DNA of 64,000 bases, taken from assembly GCF_009914755.1 (NCBI RefSeq), contig NC_060948.1; one strand, written 5' to 3'. Each line of letters opens with the position of its first letter. Within the stretch, counting starts at the first letter, position 1. This DNA is from the human T2T-CHM13v2.0 reference genome, Homo sapiens. The notes beneath the pieces were generated by a model. That model did no database searches. It saw only the letters and a program-made list of their open reading frames with translations, and had not been told where the DNA came from. Position numbers and translations under genes: made by a program. Positions 19,301 to 38,653 of the stretch are shown piece by piece.

Positions 19301-20838
19301 TATACATTATGTATATAATAATATACAGTATCATATATAAAATATGTATAACCAATGTATAATATTGTTTTACATCCTGCATCTTATATTATATATATTG
19401 TATAAAATATAATAATTGATAATATATAAGTTTTATATTTATACAATATGACATATAGTACATATTATAATTTATGACATATATAATATATGTTATATAT
19501 CATATATAGAATATATTATACGGTTAATATACGTATTAAATATAAATTATACATTATATATATTATATAAAATATATCTGTTATATATAATACCCATTAT
19601 GCATAATATATATATTATGTCTATGTTATATATAGTATAAAACAACATATAATAATATATAATTGTATATATAAAATGCGACATATAATATATATTATAT
19701 TTTATGACATATGTAATATGTATTATATATTATATATAATACGTTGTATGTATAATACCTATATTAAATATATATTATATGACTATGTTATTAATTACAT
19801 GTCACATATGTTATATATTATATATTTTACATAGAATATACCGGTTACATGCAATATATACTATGTTACCTATAATGTATAATTGATTACATGTAAAATA
19901 AAGAATGCAATATATTATGTATAATTTATAATATACAATATGTGGAATGTGATATATATAACATATAATATATGATATATGATATACAGTATATGATATA
20001 TAACATACAATATATGATTCCTAATATATATGGTATACAATATATATTTTATGATATGTATTCTATATGTTTTATATTCTGTTATATATAACTATTTGAA
20101 ATTATATATAACTGTACAATATTTTATGCAAATATGTAATATAATATATATAACTATATAATATATTATATGTAACAATATATTATGTTATATATACTTT
20201 TATAACATAATTTACATTAAATATCATAATATAATATATATTATATTATTTCACATTACATAATATATATTACATATCACCCAATATAAGTAACATAGAT
20301 AATATTATAATATAGATTATATTATGTTATATTAAATATCATATATATCATGTATCTTATATTCTATAATATATATTACACATTATATAATATGTATGTT
20401 GTCTATTATGTGATATATATAACTATATATATAATTATATTATTATACATATAACTAGATAAACATGTAATTCTACATATTTTCATTTATAATATATAGA
20501 ATTATATAATCATATATAATTATTTATATTCTATAAAAAATTATATCATTATATAAATTATAATATAAAAAAATTATAATATGTACTACAAATATATATA
20601 TTATATATCATATATGATATAGTACCTTTGTTATATATCATAATACATATAAATGTGTATTATGTTATCTATAATTATATAATTTCATATATAAGATATA
20701 TAATATGTATTATATTTTGTATATGTTATGTAATATATATAGTATATATAAGCTGACACAGGATAAATATTATATACTATGACATATAAAATATATGAGG
20801 TTATATGTTACATATAAGGCATAGCACATAACATGTAA

Positions 20839-21145
<307 letters not shown>

Positions 21146-21719
21146 AGATCCATATTTTTTAAATGAAAAAAAATTTCAAAGGTACTCTGCTTGGTACAAT
21201 AATCAAATGTATAAACTGAGGAATAAAACATAACCATGAAACCTACTTATAACTGCAGATGGAAAATACAGAGGATAATTTTTTAAATAACATATTTTGA
21301 AAGCCTTAACTAGTAATTTGAAGAGTTGGCATTTGTAAGGCCAGTATGAATATACCTTCAAAGCAGCAACACAGGTTCCCCATGAGAAAAAGCAAACTCA
21401 GGGGAAATAAAACCACAAAGGTTCAATCTCTTCTGACCTTTGAAAGACACAGCACAGACAGTGGTCCTTAGGACGAAGAGCAGGAGACCCCTAATTCCGT
21501 CACCATGGCGATAGGGCATAAACATTGCTGGGTGAGGGCACAATCCACATTGTGAGGTCCAACTGCTGCCAGGAAGACAGGAGTGCTTTTACATAGACCG
21601 AAAGGTCATTGAAGGCTCAGAGTTTTGTTTCAAGAACTGAATCCCAAGCCCACACGTTATTAGGCTGCGCTTCTTAAAACAAGTTATGAGATGGGAAAAA
21701 GGGCACCCACAAACATACG
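21146..21719 (-). repeat. HSATI-like subunit, unit 9
   Basis: Copy of 1789-2362. Confidence 0.8.
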
Positions 21720-23243
21720 TATACATTATGTATATAATAATATACAGTATCATATATAAAATATGTATAACCAATGTATAATATTGTTTTACATCCTGCA
21801 TCTTATATTATATATATTGTATAAAATATAATAATTGATAATATATAAGTTTTATATTTATACAATATGACATATAGTACATATTATAATTTATGACATA
21901 TATAATATATGTTATATATCATATATAGAATATATTATACGGTTAATATACGTATTAAATATAAATTATACATTATATATATTATATAAAATATATCTGT
22001 TATATATAATACCCATTATGCATAATATATATATTATGTCTATGTTATATATAGTATAAAACAACATATAATAATATATAATTGTATATATAAAATGCGA
22101 CATATAATATATATTATATTTTATGACATATGTAATATGTATTATATATTATATATAATACGTTGTATGTATAATACCTATATTAAATATATATTATATG
22201 ACTATGTTATTAATTACATGTCACATATGTTATATATTATATATTTTACATAGAATATACCGGTTACATGCAATATATACTATGTTACCTATAATGTATA
22301 ATTGATTACATGTAAAATAAAGAATGCAATATATTATGTATAATTTATAATATACAATATGTGGAATGTGATATATATAACATATAATATATGATATATG
22401 ATATACAGTATATGATATATAACATACAATATATGATTCCTAATATATATGGTATACAATATATATTTTATGATATGTATTCTATATGTTTTATATTCTG
22501 TTATATATAACTATTTGAAATTATATATAACTGTACAATATTTTATGCAAATATGTAATATAATATATATAACTATATAATATATTATATGTAACAATAT
22601 ATTATGTTATATATACTTTTATAACATAATTTACATTAAATATCATAATATAATATATATTATATTATTTCACATTACATAATATATATTACATATCACC
22701 CAATATAAGTAACATAGATAATATTATAATATAGATTATATTATGTTATATTAAATATCATATATATCATGTATCTTATATTCTATAATATATATTACAC
22801 ATTATATAATATGTATGTTGTCTATTATGTGATATATATAACTATATATATAATTATATTATTATACATATAACTAGATAAACATGTAATTCTACATATT
22901 TTCATTTATAATATATAGAATTATATAATCATATATAATTATTTATATTCTATAAAAAATTATATCATTATATAAATTATAATATAAAAAAATTATAATA
23001 TGTACTACAAATATATATATTATATATCATATATGATATAGTACCTTTGTTATATATCATAATACATATAAATGTGTATTATGTTATCTATAATTATATA
23101 ATTTCATATATAAGATATATAATATGTATTATATATTGTATATGTTATGTAATATATATAGTATATATAAGCTGACACAGGATAAATATTATATACTATG
23201 ACATATAAAATATATGAGGTTATATGTTACATATAAGGCATAG

Positions 23244-23564
<321 letters not shown>

Positions 23565-24138
23565 AGATCCATATTTTTTAAATGAAAAAAAATTTCAAAG
23601 GTACTCTGCTTGGTACAATAATCAAATGTATAAACTGAGGAATAAAACATAACCATGAAACCTACTTATAACTGCAGATGGAAAATACAGAGGATAATTT
23701 TTTAAATAACATATTTTGAAAGCCTTAACTAGTAATTTGAAGAGTTGGCATTTGTAAGGCCAGTATGAATATACCTTCAAAGCAGCAACACAGGTTCCCC
23801 ATGAGAAAAAGCAAACTCAGGGAAAATAAAACCACAAAGGTTCAATCTCTTCTGACCTTTGAAAGACACAGCACAGACAGTGGTCCTTAGGACGAAGAGC
23901 AGGAGACCCCTAATTCCGTCACCATGGCGATAGGGCATAAACATTGCTGGGTGAGGGCACAATCCACATTGTGAGGTCCAACTGCTGCCAGGAAGACAGG
24001 AGTGCTTTTACATAGACCGAAAGGTCATTGAAGGCTCAGAGTTTTGTTTCAAGAACTGAATCCCAAGCCCACACGTTATTAGGCTGCGCTTCTTAAAACA
24101 AGTTATGAGATGGGAAAAAGGGCACCCACAAACATACG
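23565..24138 (-). repeat. HSATI-like subunit, unit 10
   Basis: Copy of 1789-2362. Confidence 0.8.
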
Positions 24139-25676
24139 TATACATTATGTATATAATAATATACAGTATCATATATAAAATATGTATAACCAATGTATAA
24201 TATTGTTTTATATCCTGCATCTTATATTATATATATTGTATAAAATATAATAATTGATAATATATAAGTTTTATATTTATACAATATGACATATAGTATA
24301 TATTATACTTTATGACATATATAATATATGTTATATATCATATATAGAATATATTATACGGTTAATATACGTATTAAATATAAATTATACATTATATATA
24401 TTATATAAAATATATCTGTTATATATAATACCCATTATGCATAATATATTTATTATGTCTATGTTATATATAGTATAAAACAACATATAATAATATATAA
24501 TTGTATATATAAAATGCGACATATAATATATATTATATTTTATGACATATGTAATATGTATTATATATTATATATAATACGTTGTATGTATAATACCTAT
24601 ATTAAATATATATTATATGACTATGTTATTAATTACATGTCACATATGTTATATATTATATATTTTACATAGAATATACCGGTTACATGCAATATATACT
24701 ATGTTACCTATAATGTATAATTGATTACATGTAAAATAAAGAATGCAATATATTATGTATAATTTATAATATACAATATGTGGAATGTGATATATATAAC
24801 ATATAATATATGATATATGATATACAGTATATGATATATAACATACAATATATGATTCCTAATATATATGGTATACAATATATATTTTATGATATGTATT
24901 CTATATGTTTTATATTCTGTTATATATAACTATTTGAAATTATATATAACTGTATAATATTTTATGCAAATATGTAATATAATATATATAACTATATAAT
25001 ATATTATATGTAACAATATATTATGTTATATATACTTTTATAACATAATTTACATTAAATATCATAATATAATATATATTATATTATTTCACATTACATA
25101 ATATATATTACATATCACCCAATATAGGTAACATAGATAATATTATAATATAGATTATATTATGTTATATTAAATATCATATATATCATGTATCTTATAT
25201 TCTATAATATATATTACACATTATATAATATGTATGTTGTCTATTATGTGATATATATAACTATATATATAATTATATTATTATACATATAACTAGATAA
25301 ACATGTAATTCTACATATTTTCATTTATAATATATAGAATTATATAATCATATATAATTATTTATATTCTATAAAAAATTATGTCATTATATAAATTATA
25401 ATATAAAAAAATTATAATATGTACTACAAATATATATATTATATATCATATATGATATAGTACCTTTGTTATATATCATAATACATATAAATGTGTATTA
25501 TGTTATCTATAATTATATAATTTCATATATAAGATATATAATATGTATTATATATTGTATATGTTATGTAATATATATAGTATATATAAGCTGACACAGG
25601 ATAAATATTATATACTATGACATATAAAATATATGAGGTTATATGTTACATATAAGGCATAGCACATAACATGTAA

Positions 25677-25983
<307 letters not shown>

Positions 25984-26557
25984 AGATCCATATTTTTTAA
26001 ATGAAAAAAAATTTCAAAGGTACTCTGCTTGGTACAATAATCAAATGTATAAACTGAGGAATAAAACAAAACCATGAAACCTACTTATAACTGCATATGG
26101 AAAATACAGAGGATAATTTTTTAAATAACATATTTTGAAAGCCTTAACTAGTAATTTGAAGAGTTGGCATTTGTAAGGCCAGTATGAATATACCTTCAAA
26201 GCAGCAACACAGGTTCCCCATGAGAAAAAGCAAACTCAGGGGAAATAAAACCACAAAGGTTCAATCTCTTCTGACCTTTGAAAGACACAGCACAGACAGT
26301 GGTCCTTAGGACGAAGAGCAGGAGACCCCTAATTCCGTCACCATGGCGATAGGGCATAAACATTGCTGGGTGAGGGCACAATCCACATTGTGAGGTCCAA
26401 CTGCTGCCAGGAAGACAGGAGTGCTTTTACATAGACCGAAAGGTCATTGAAGGCTCAGAGTTTTGTTTCAAGAACTGAATCCCAAGCCCACACGTTATTA
26501 GGCTGCGCTTCTTAAAACAAGTTATGAGATGGGAAAAAGGGCACCCACAAACATACG
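25984..26557 (-). repeat. HSATI-like subunit, unit 11
   Basis: Copy of 1789-2362. Confidence 0.8.
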
Positions 26558-28111
26558 TATACATTATGTATATAATAATATACAGTATCATATATAAAAT
26601 ATGTATAACCAATGTATAATATTGTTTTACATCCTGCATCTTATATTATATATATTGTATAAAATATAATAATTGATAATATATAAGTTTTATATTTATA
26701 CAATATGACATATAGTATATATTATACTTTATGACATATATAATATATGTTATATATCATATATAGAATATATTATACGGTTAATATACGTATTAAATAT
26801 AAATTATACATTATATATATTATATAAAATATATCTGTTATATATAATACCCATTATGCATAATATATATATTATGTCTATGTTATATATAGTATAAAAC
26901 AACATATAATAATATATAATTGTATATATAAAATGCGACATATAATATATATTATATTTTATGACATATGTAATATATATTATATATTATATATAATACG
27001 TTGTATGTATAATACCTATATTAAATATATATTATATGACTATGTTATTAATTACATGTCACATATGTTATATATTATATATTTTACATAGAATATACCG
27101 GTTAAATACAATATATACTATGTTACCTATAGTGTATAATTGATTACATGTAAAATAAAGAATGCAATATATTATGTATAATTTATAATATACAATATGT
27201 GGAATGTGATATATATAACATATAATATATGATATATGATATACAGTATATGATATATAACATACAATATATGATACCTAATATATATGGTATACAATAT
27301 ATATTTTAAGATATGTATTCTATATGTTTTATATTCTGTTATATATAACTATTTGAAATTATATATAACTGTAAAATATTTTATGTAAATATGTAATATA
27401 ATATATATAACTATATAATATATTATATATAACTATGTATTATGTTATATATACTTTTATAACATAATTTACATAAAATGTCATAATATAATATATATTA
27501 TATTATTTCACATTACATAATATATATTACAAATCACCCAATATAAGTAACATACATAATATTATAATATAGATTATATTATGTTATATTAAATATCATA
27601 TATATCATGTATCATATATTCTATAATATATATTACACATTATATAATATGTATGTTGTCTATTTTGTGATATATAAAACTATATATATAATTATATTAT
27701 TATACATATAACTAGATAAACATGTAATTCTACATATTTTCATTTGTAATATATAGAATTATATAATCATATATAATTATTTATATTCTATAAAAAATTA
27801 TATCATTATATAAATTATAATATAAAAAAATTATAATATGTACTACAAATATACATATTATATATCATATATGATATAGTACCTTTGTTATATATCATAA
27901 TACATATAAATGTGTATTATGTTATCTATAATTATATAATTTCATATATAAGATGTATAATATGTATTATATATTGTCTATGTTATGTAATATATATAGT
28001 ATATGTAAGCTGACACAGGATAAATATTATATACTATGACATATAAAATATATGAGGTTATATGTTACATATAAGGCATAGCACATAACATGTAATATAT
28101 ATCATATATAA

Positions 28112-28403
<292 letters not shown>

Positions 28404-28977
28404 AGATCCATATTTTTTAAATGAAAAAAAATTTCAAAGGTACTCTGCTTGGTACAATAATCAAATGTATAAACTGAGGAATAAAACATAACCATGAAAC
28501 CTACTTATAACTGCATATGGAAAATACAGAGGATAATTTTTTAAATAACATATTTTGAAAGCCTTAACTAGTAATTTGAAGAGTTGGCATTTGAAAGACC
28601 AGTATGAATATACCTTCAAAGAAGCAACACAGGTTCCCCATGAGAAAAAGCAAACTCAGGGAAAATAAAACCACAAAGGTTCAATCTCTTCTGACCTTTG
28701 AAAGACACAGCACAGACAGTGGTCCTTAGGACGAAGAGCAGGAGACCCCTAATTCCGTCACCATGGCGATAGGGCATAAACATTGCTGGGTGAGGGCACA
28801 ATCCACATTGAGAGGTCCAACTGCTGCCAGGAAGACAGGAGTGCTTTTACATAGACCGAAAGGTCATTGAAGGCTCAGAGTTTTGTTTCAAGAACTGAAT
28901 CCCAAGCCCACACGTTATTAGGCTGCGCTTCTTAAAACAAGTTATGAGATGGGAAAAAGGGCACCCACAAACATACG
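28404..28977 (-). repeat. HSATI-like subunit, unit 12
   Basis: Copy of 1789-2362. Confidence 0.8.
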
Positions 28978-30501
28978 TATACATTATGTATATAATAATA
29001 TACAGTATCATATATATAATATATATAACCTATGTATAATATTGTTTTACATCATGCATCTTATATTATATATATTGTATAAAATATAATAATTCATAAT
29101 ATATAACGTTTATATTTATACAATATGACATATAGTATATATTATAATTTATGACATATATAATATATGTTATATATCATATATAGAATATATTATACGG
29201 TTAATATACGTATTAAATATAAATTATACATTATATATATTATATAAAATATATCTGTTATATATAATACCCTTTATGCATAATATATATATTATGTCTA
29301 TGTTATATATAGTATAAAACAACATATAATAATATATAATTGTATATATAAAATGCGACATATAATATATATTATATTTTATGACATATGTAATATATAT
29401 TATATATTATATATAATACGTTGTATGTATAATACCTATATTAAATATATATTATATGACTATGTTATTAATTACATGTCACATATGTTATATATTACAT
29501 ATTTTACATAGAATATACCGGTTACATGCAATATATACTATGTTACCTATAATGTATAATTGATTACATGTAAAATAAAGAATGCAATATATTATGTATA
29601 ATTTATAATATACAATATGTGGAATGTGATATATATAACATATAATATATGATATATGATATACAGTATATGATATATAACATACAATATATGATACCTA
29701 ATATATATGGTATACAATATATATTTTATGATATGTATTCTATATGTTTTATATTCTGTTATATATAACTATTTGAAATTATATATAACTGTATAATATT
29801 TTATGTAAATATGTAATATAATATATATAACTATATAATATATTATATATAACTATATATTATGTTATATATACTTTTATAACATAATTTACATTAAATA
29901 TCATAATATAATATATATTATATTATTTCACATTACATAATATATATTACATATCACCCAATATAAGTAACATACATAATATTATAATATAGATTATATT
30001 ATGTTATATTAAATATCATATATATCATGTATCATATATTCTATAATATATATTACACATTATATAATATGTATGTTGTCTATTATGTGATATATATAAC
30101 TATATATATAATTATATTATTATACATATAACTAGATAAACATGTAATTCTACATATTTTCATTTATAATATATAGAATTATATAATCATATATAATTAT
30201 TTATATTCTATAAAAAATTATATCATTATATAAATTATAATATAAAAAAATTATAATATGTACTACAAATATATATATTATATATCATATATGATATAGT
30301 ACCTTTGTTATATATCATAATACATATAAATGTGTATTATGTTATCTATAATTATATAATTTCATATATAAGATGTATAATATGTATTATATATTGTATA
30401 TGTTATGTAATATATATAGTATATATAAGCTGACACAGGATAAATATTATATACTATGACATATAAAATATATGAGGTTATATGTTACATATAAGGCATA
30501 G

Positions 30502-30822
<321 letters not shown>

Positions 30823-31396
30823 AGATCCATATTTTTTAAATGAAAAAAAATTTCAAAGGTACTCTGCTTGGTACAATAATCAAATGTATAAACTGAGGAA
30901 CAAAACATAACCATGAAACCTACTTATAACTGCAGATGGAAAATACAGAGGATAATTTTTTAAATAACATATTTTGAAAGCCTTAACTAGTAATTTGAAG
31001 AGTTGGCATTTGTAAGGCCAGTATGAATATACCTTCAAAGCAGCAACACAGGTTCCCCATGAGAAAAAGCAAACTCAGGGAAAATAAAACCACAAAGGTT
31101 CAATCTCTTCTGACCTTTGAAAGACACAGCACAGACAGTGGTCCTTAGGACGAAGAGCAGGAGACCCCTAATTCCGTCACCATGGCGATAGGGCATAAAC
31201 ATTGCTGGGTGAGGGCACAATCCACATTGTGAGGTCCAACTGCTGCCAGGAAGACAGGAGTGCTTTTACATAGACCGAAAGGTCATTGAAGGCTCAGAGT
31301 TTTGTTTCAAGAACTGAATCCCAAGCCCACACGTTATTAGGCTGCGCTTCTTAAAACAAGTTATGAGATGGGAAAAAGGGCACCCACAAACATACG
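30823..31396 (-). repeat. HSATI-like subunit, unit 13
   Basis: Copy of 1789-2362. Confidence 0.8.
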
Positions 31397-32932
31397 TATA
31401 CATTATGTATATAATAATATACAGTATCATATATATAATATGTATAACCTATGTATAATATTGTTTTACATCCTGCATCTTATATTATATATATTGTATA
31501 AAATATAATAATTCATAATATATAACTTTTATATTTATACAATATGACATATAGTATATATTATAATTTATGACCTATATAATATATGTTATATATCATA
31601 TATAGAATATATTATACGGTTAATATACGTATTAAATATAAATTATACATTATATATATTATATAAAATATATCTGTTATATATAATACCCTTTATGCAT
31701 AATATATATATTATGTCTATGTTATATATAGTATAAAACAACATATAATAATATATAATTGTATATATAAAATGCGACATATAATATATATTATATTTTA
31801 TGACATATGTAATATGTATTATATATTATATATAATACGTTGTATGTATAATACCTATATTAAATATATATTATATGAATATGTTATTAATTACATGTCA
31901 CATATGTTATATATTATATATTTTACATAGAATATACCGGTTACATGCAATATATACTATGTTACCTGTAATGTATAATTGATTACATGTAAAATAAAGA
32001 ATGCAATATATTATGTATAATTTATAATACACAATATGTGGAATGTGATATATATAACATATAATATATGATATATGATATACAGTATATGATATATAAC
32101 ATACAATATATGATACCTAATATATATGGTATACAATATATATTTTATGATATGTATTCTATATGTTTTATATTCTGTTATATATAACTATTTGAAATTA
32201 TATATAACTGTATAATATTTTATGCAAATATGTAATATAATATATATAACTATATAATATATTATATGTAACAATATATTATGTTATATATACTTTTATA
32301 ACATAATTTACATTAAATATCATAATATAATATATATTATATTATTTCACATTACATAATATATATTACATATCACCCAATATAAGTAACATAGATAATA
32401 TTATAATATAGATTATATTATGTTATATTAAATATCATATATATCATGTATCATATATTCTATAATATATATTACACATTATATAATATGTATGTTGCTA
32501 TTATGTGATATATATAACTATATATATAATTATATTATTATACATATAACTAGATAAACATGTAATTCTACATATTTTCATTTATAATATATAGAATTAT
32601 ATAATCATATATAATTATTTATATTCTATAAAAAATTATATCATTATATAAATTATAATATAAAAAATTATAATATGTACTACAAATATATATATTATAT
32701 ATCATATATGATATAGTACCTTTGTTATATATCATAATACATATAAATGTGTATTATGTTATCTATAATTATATAATTTCATATATAAGATATATAATAT
32801 GTATTATATATTGTATATGTTATGTAATATATATAGTATATATAAGCTGACACAGGATAAATATTATATACTATGACATATAAAATATATGAGGTTATAT
32901 GTTACATATAAGGCATAGCACATAACATGTAA

Positions 32933-33239
<307 letters not shown>

Positions 33240-33813
33240 AGATCCATATTTTTTAAATGAAAAAAAATTTCAAAGGTACTCTGCTTGGTACAATAATCAA
33301 ATGTATAAACTGAGGAATAAAACATAACCATGAAACCTACTTATAACTGCATATGGAAAATACAGAGGATAATTTTTTAAATAACATATTTTGAAAGCCT
33401 TAACTAGTAATTTGAAGAGTTGGCATTTGTAAGGCCAGTATGAATATACCTTCAAAGCAGCAACACAGGTTCCCCATGAGAAAAAGCAAACTCAGGGGAA
33501 ATAAAACCACAAAGGTTCAATCTCTTCTGACCTTTGAAAGACACAGCACAGACAGTGGTCCTTAGGACGAAGAGCAGGAGACCCCTAATTCCGTCACCAT
33601 GGCGATAGGGCATAAACATTGCTGGGTGAGGGCACAATCCACATTGTGAGGTCCAACTGCTGCCAGGAAGACAGGAGTGCTTTTACATAGACCGAAAGGT
33701 CATTGAAGGCTCAGAGTTTTGTTTCAAGAACTGAATCCCAAGCCCACACGTTATTAGGCTGCGCTTCTTAAAACAAGTTATGAGATGGGAAAAAGGGCAC
33801 CCACAAACATACG
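33240..33813 (-). repeat. HSATI-like subunit, unit 14
   Basis: Copy of 1789-2362. Confidence 0.8.
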
Positions 33814-35367
33814 TATACATTATGTATATAATAATATACAGTATCATATATAAAATATGTATAACCAATGTATAATATTGTTTTACATCCTGCATCTTAT
33901 ATTATATATATTGTATAAAATATAATAATTGATAATATATAAGTTTTATATTTATACAATATGACATATAGTATATATTATACTTTATGACATATATAAT
34001 ATATGTTATATATCATATATAGAATATATTATACGGTTAATATACGTATTAAATATAAATTATACATTATATATATTATATAAAATATATCTGTTATATA
34101 TAATACCCATTATGCATAATATATATATTATGTCTATGTTATATATAGTATAAAACAACATATAATAATATATAATTGTATATATAAAATGCGACATATA
34201 ATATATATTATATTTTATGACATATGTAATATATATTATATATTATATATAATACGTTGTATGTATAATACCTATATTAAATATATATTATATGACTATG
34301 TTATTAATTACATGTCACATATGTTATATATTATATATTTTACATAGAATATACCGGTTACATACAATATATACTATGTTACCTATAATGTATAATTGAT
34401 TACATGTAAAATAAAGAATGCAATATATTATGTATAATTTATAATATACAATATGTGGAATGTGATATATATAACATATAATATATGATATATGATATAC
34501 AGTATATGATATATAACATACAATATATGATACCTAATATATATGGTATACAATATATATTTTAAGTTATGCATTCTATATGTTTTATATTCTGTTATAT
34601 ATAACTATTTGAAATTATATATAACTGTATAATATTTTATGTAAATATGTAATATAATATATATAACTATATAATATATTATATATAACTATATATTATG
34701 TTATATATACTTTTATAACATAATTTACATAAAATGTCATAATATAATATATATTATATTATTTCACATTACATAATATATATTACATATCACCCAATAT
34801 AAGTAACATACATAATATTATAATATAGATTATATTATGTTATATTAAATATCATATATATCATGTATCATATATTCTATAATATATATTACACATTATA
34901 TAATATGTATGTTGTCTATTTTGTGATATATAAAACTATATATATAATTATATTATTATACATATAACTAGATAAACATGTAATTCTACATATTTTCATT
35001 TGTAATATATAGAATTATATAATCATATATAATTATTTATATTCTATAAAAAATTATATCATTATATAAATTATAATATAAAAAAATTATAATATGTACT
35101 ACAAATATACATATTATATATCATATATGATATAGTACCTTTGTTATATATCATAATACATATAAATGTGTATTATGTTATCTATAATTATATAATTTCA
35201 TATATAAGATGTATAATATGTAATATATATTGTCTATGTTATGTAATATATATAGTATATGTAAGCTGACACAGGATAAATATTATATACTATGACATAT
35301 AAAATATATGAGGTTATATGTTACATATAAGGCATAGCACATAACATGTAATATATATCATATATAA

Positions 35368-35659
<292 letters not shown>

Positions 35660-36233
35660 AGATCCATATTTTTTAAATGAAAAAAAATTTCAAAGGTACT
35701 CTGCTTGGTACAATAATCAAATGTATAAACTGAGGAATAAAACATAACCATGAAACCTACTTATAACTGCATATGGAAAACACAGAGGATAATTTTTTAA
35801 ATAACATATTTTGAAAGCCTTAACTAGTAATTTGAAGAGTTGGCATTTGAAAGGCCAGTATGAATATACCTTCAAAGCAGCAACACAGGTTCCCCATGAG
35901 AAAAAGCAAACTCAGGGAAAATAAAACCACAAAGGTTCAATCTCTTCTGACCTTTGAAAGACACAGCACAGACAGTGGTCCTTAGGACGAAGAGCAGGAG
36001 ACCCCTAATTCCGTCACCATGGCGATAGGGCATAAACATTGCTGGGTGAGGGCACAATCCACATTGAGAGGTCCAACTGCTGCCAGGAAGACAGGAGTGG
36101 TTTTAAATAGACCGAAAGGTCATTGAAGGCTCAGAGTTTTGTTTCAAGAACTGAATCCCAAGCCCACACGTTATTAGGCTGCGCTTCTTAAAACAAGTTA
36201 TGAGATGGGAAAAAGGGCACCCACAAACATACG
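35660..36233 (-). repeat. HSATI-like subunit, unit 15
   Basis: Copy of 1789-2362. Confidence 0.8.
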
Positions 36234-37787
36234 TATACATTATGTATATAATAATATACAGTATCATATATAAAATATGTATAACCTATGTATAATATTG
36301 TTTTACATCCTGCATCTTATATTATATATATTGTATAAAATATAATAATTGATAATATATAAGTTTTATATTTATACAATATGACATATAGTATATATTA
36401 TAATTTATGACATATATAATATATGTTATATATCATATATAGAATATATTATACGGTTAATATACGTATTAAATATAAATTATACATTATATATATTATA
36501 TAAAATATATCTGTTATATATAATACCCATTATGCATAATATATATATTATGTCTATGTTATATATAGTATAAAACAACATATAATAATATATAAATGTA
36601 TATATAAAATGCGACATATAATATATATTATATTTTATGACATATGTAATATATATTATATATTATATATAATACGTTGTATGTATAATACCTATATTAA
36701 ATATATATTATATGACTATGTTATTAATTACATGTCACATATGTTATATATTATATATTTTACATAGAATATACCGGTTACATACAATATATACTATGTT
36801 ACCTATAATGTATAATTGATTACATGTAAAATAAAGAATGCAATATATTATGTATAATTTATAATATACAATATGTGGAATGTGATATATATAACATATA
36901 ATATATGATATATGATATACAGTATATGATATATAACATACAATATATGATACCTAATATATATGGTATACAATATATATTTTATGATATGTATTCTATA
37001 TGTTTTATATTCTGTTATATATAACTATTTGAAATTATATATAACTGTATAATATTTTATGTAAATATGTAATATAATATATATAACTATATAATATATT
37101 ATATATAACTATATATTATGTTATATATACTTATATAACATAATTTACATAAAATGTCATAATATAATATATATTATATTATTTCACATTACATAATATA
37201 TATTATATATCACCCAATATAAGTAACATACATAATATTATAATATAGATTATATTATGTTATATTAAATATCATATATATCATGTATCATATATTCTAT
37301 AATATATATTACACATTATATAATATGTATGTTGTCTATTTTGTGATATATAAAACTATATATATAATTATATTGTTATACATATAAGTAGATAAACATG
37401 TAATTATACATATTTTCATTTGTAATATATAGAATTATATAATCATATATAATTATTTATATTCTATAAAAAATTATATCATTATATAAATTATAATATA
37501 AAAAAATTATAATATGTACTACAAATATATATATTATATATCATATATGATATAGTACCTTTGTTATATATCATAATACATATAAATGTGTATTATGTTA
37601 TCTATAATTATATAATTTCATATGTAAGATGTATAATATGTATTATATATTCTCTATGTTATGTAATATATATAGTATATGTAAGCTGACACAGGATAAA
37701 TATTATATACTATGACATATAAAATATATGAGGTTATATGTTACATATAAGGCATAGCACATAACATGTAATATATATCATATATAA

Positions 37788-38079
<292 letters not shown>

Positions 38080-38653
38080 AGATCCATATTTTTTAAATGA
38101 AAAAAAATTTCAAAGGTACTCTGCTTGGTACAATAATCAAATGTATAAACTGAGGAATAAAACATAACCATGAAACCTACTTATAACTGCATATGGAAAA
38201 TACAGAGGATAATTTTTTAAATAACATATTTAGAAAGCCTTAACTAGTAATTTGAAGAGTTGGCATTTGAAAGTCCAGTATGAATATACCTTCAAAGCAG
38301 CAACACAGGTTCCCCATGAGAAAAAGCAAACACAGGGAAAATAAAAACACAAAGGTTCAATCTCTTCTGACCTTTGAAAGACACAGCACAGACAGTGGTC
38401 CTTAGGACGAAGAGCAGGAGACCCCTAATTCCGTCACCATGGCGATAGGGCATAAACATTGCTGGGTGAGGGCACAATCCACATTGTGAGGTCCAACTGC
38501 TGCCAGGAAGACAGGAGTGCTTTTACATAGACCGAAAGGTCATTGAAGGCTCAGAGTTTTGTTTCAAGAACTGAATCCCAAGCCCACACGTTATTAGGCT
38601 GCGCTTCTTAAAACAAGTTATGAGATGGGAAAAAGGGCACCCACAAACATAGG
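38080..38653 (-). repeat. HSATI-like subunit, unit 16 (type A alleles)
   Basis: Copy of 1789-2362. Confidence 0.8.
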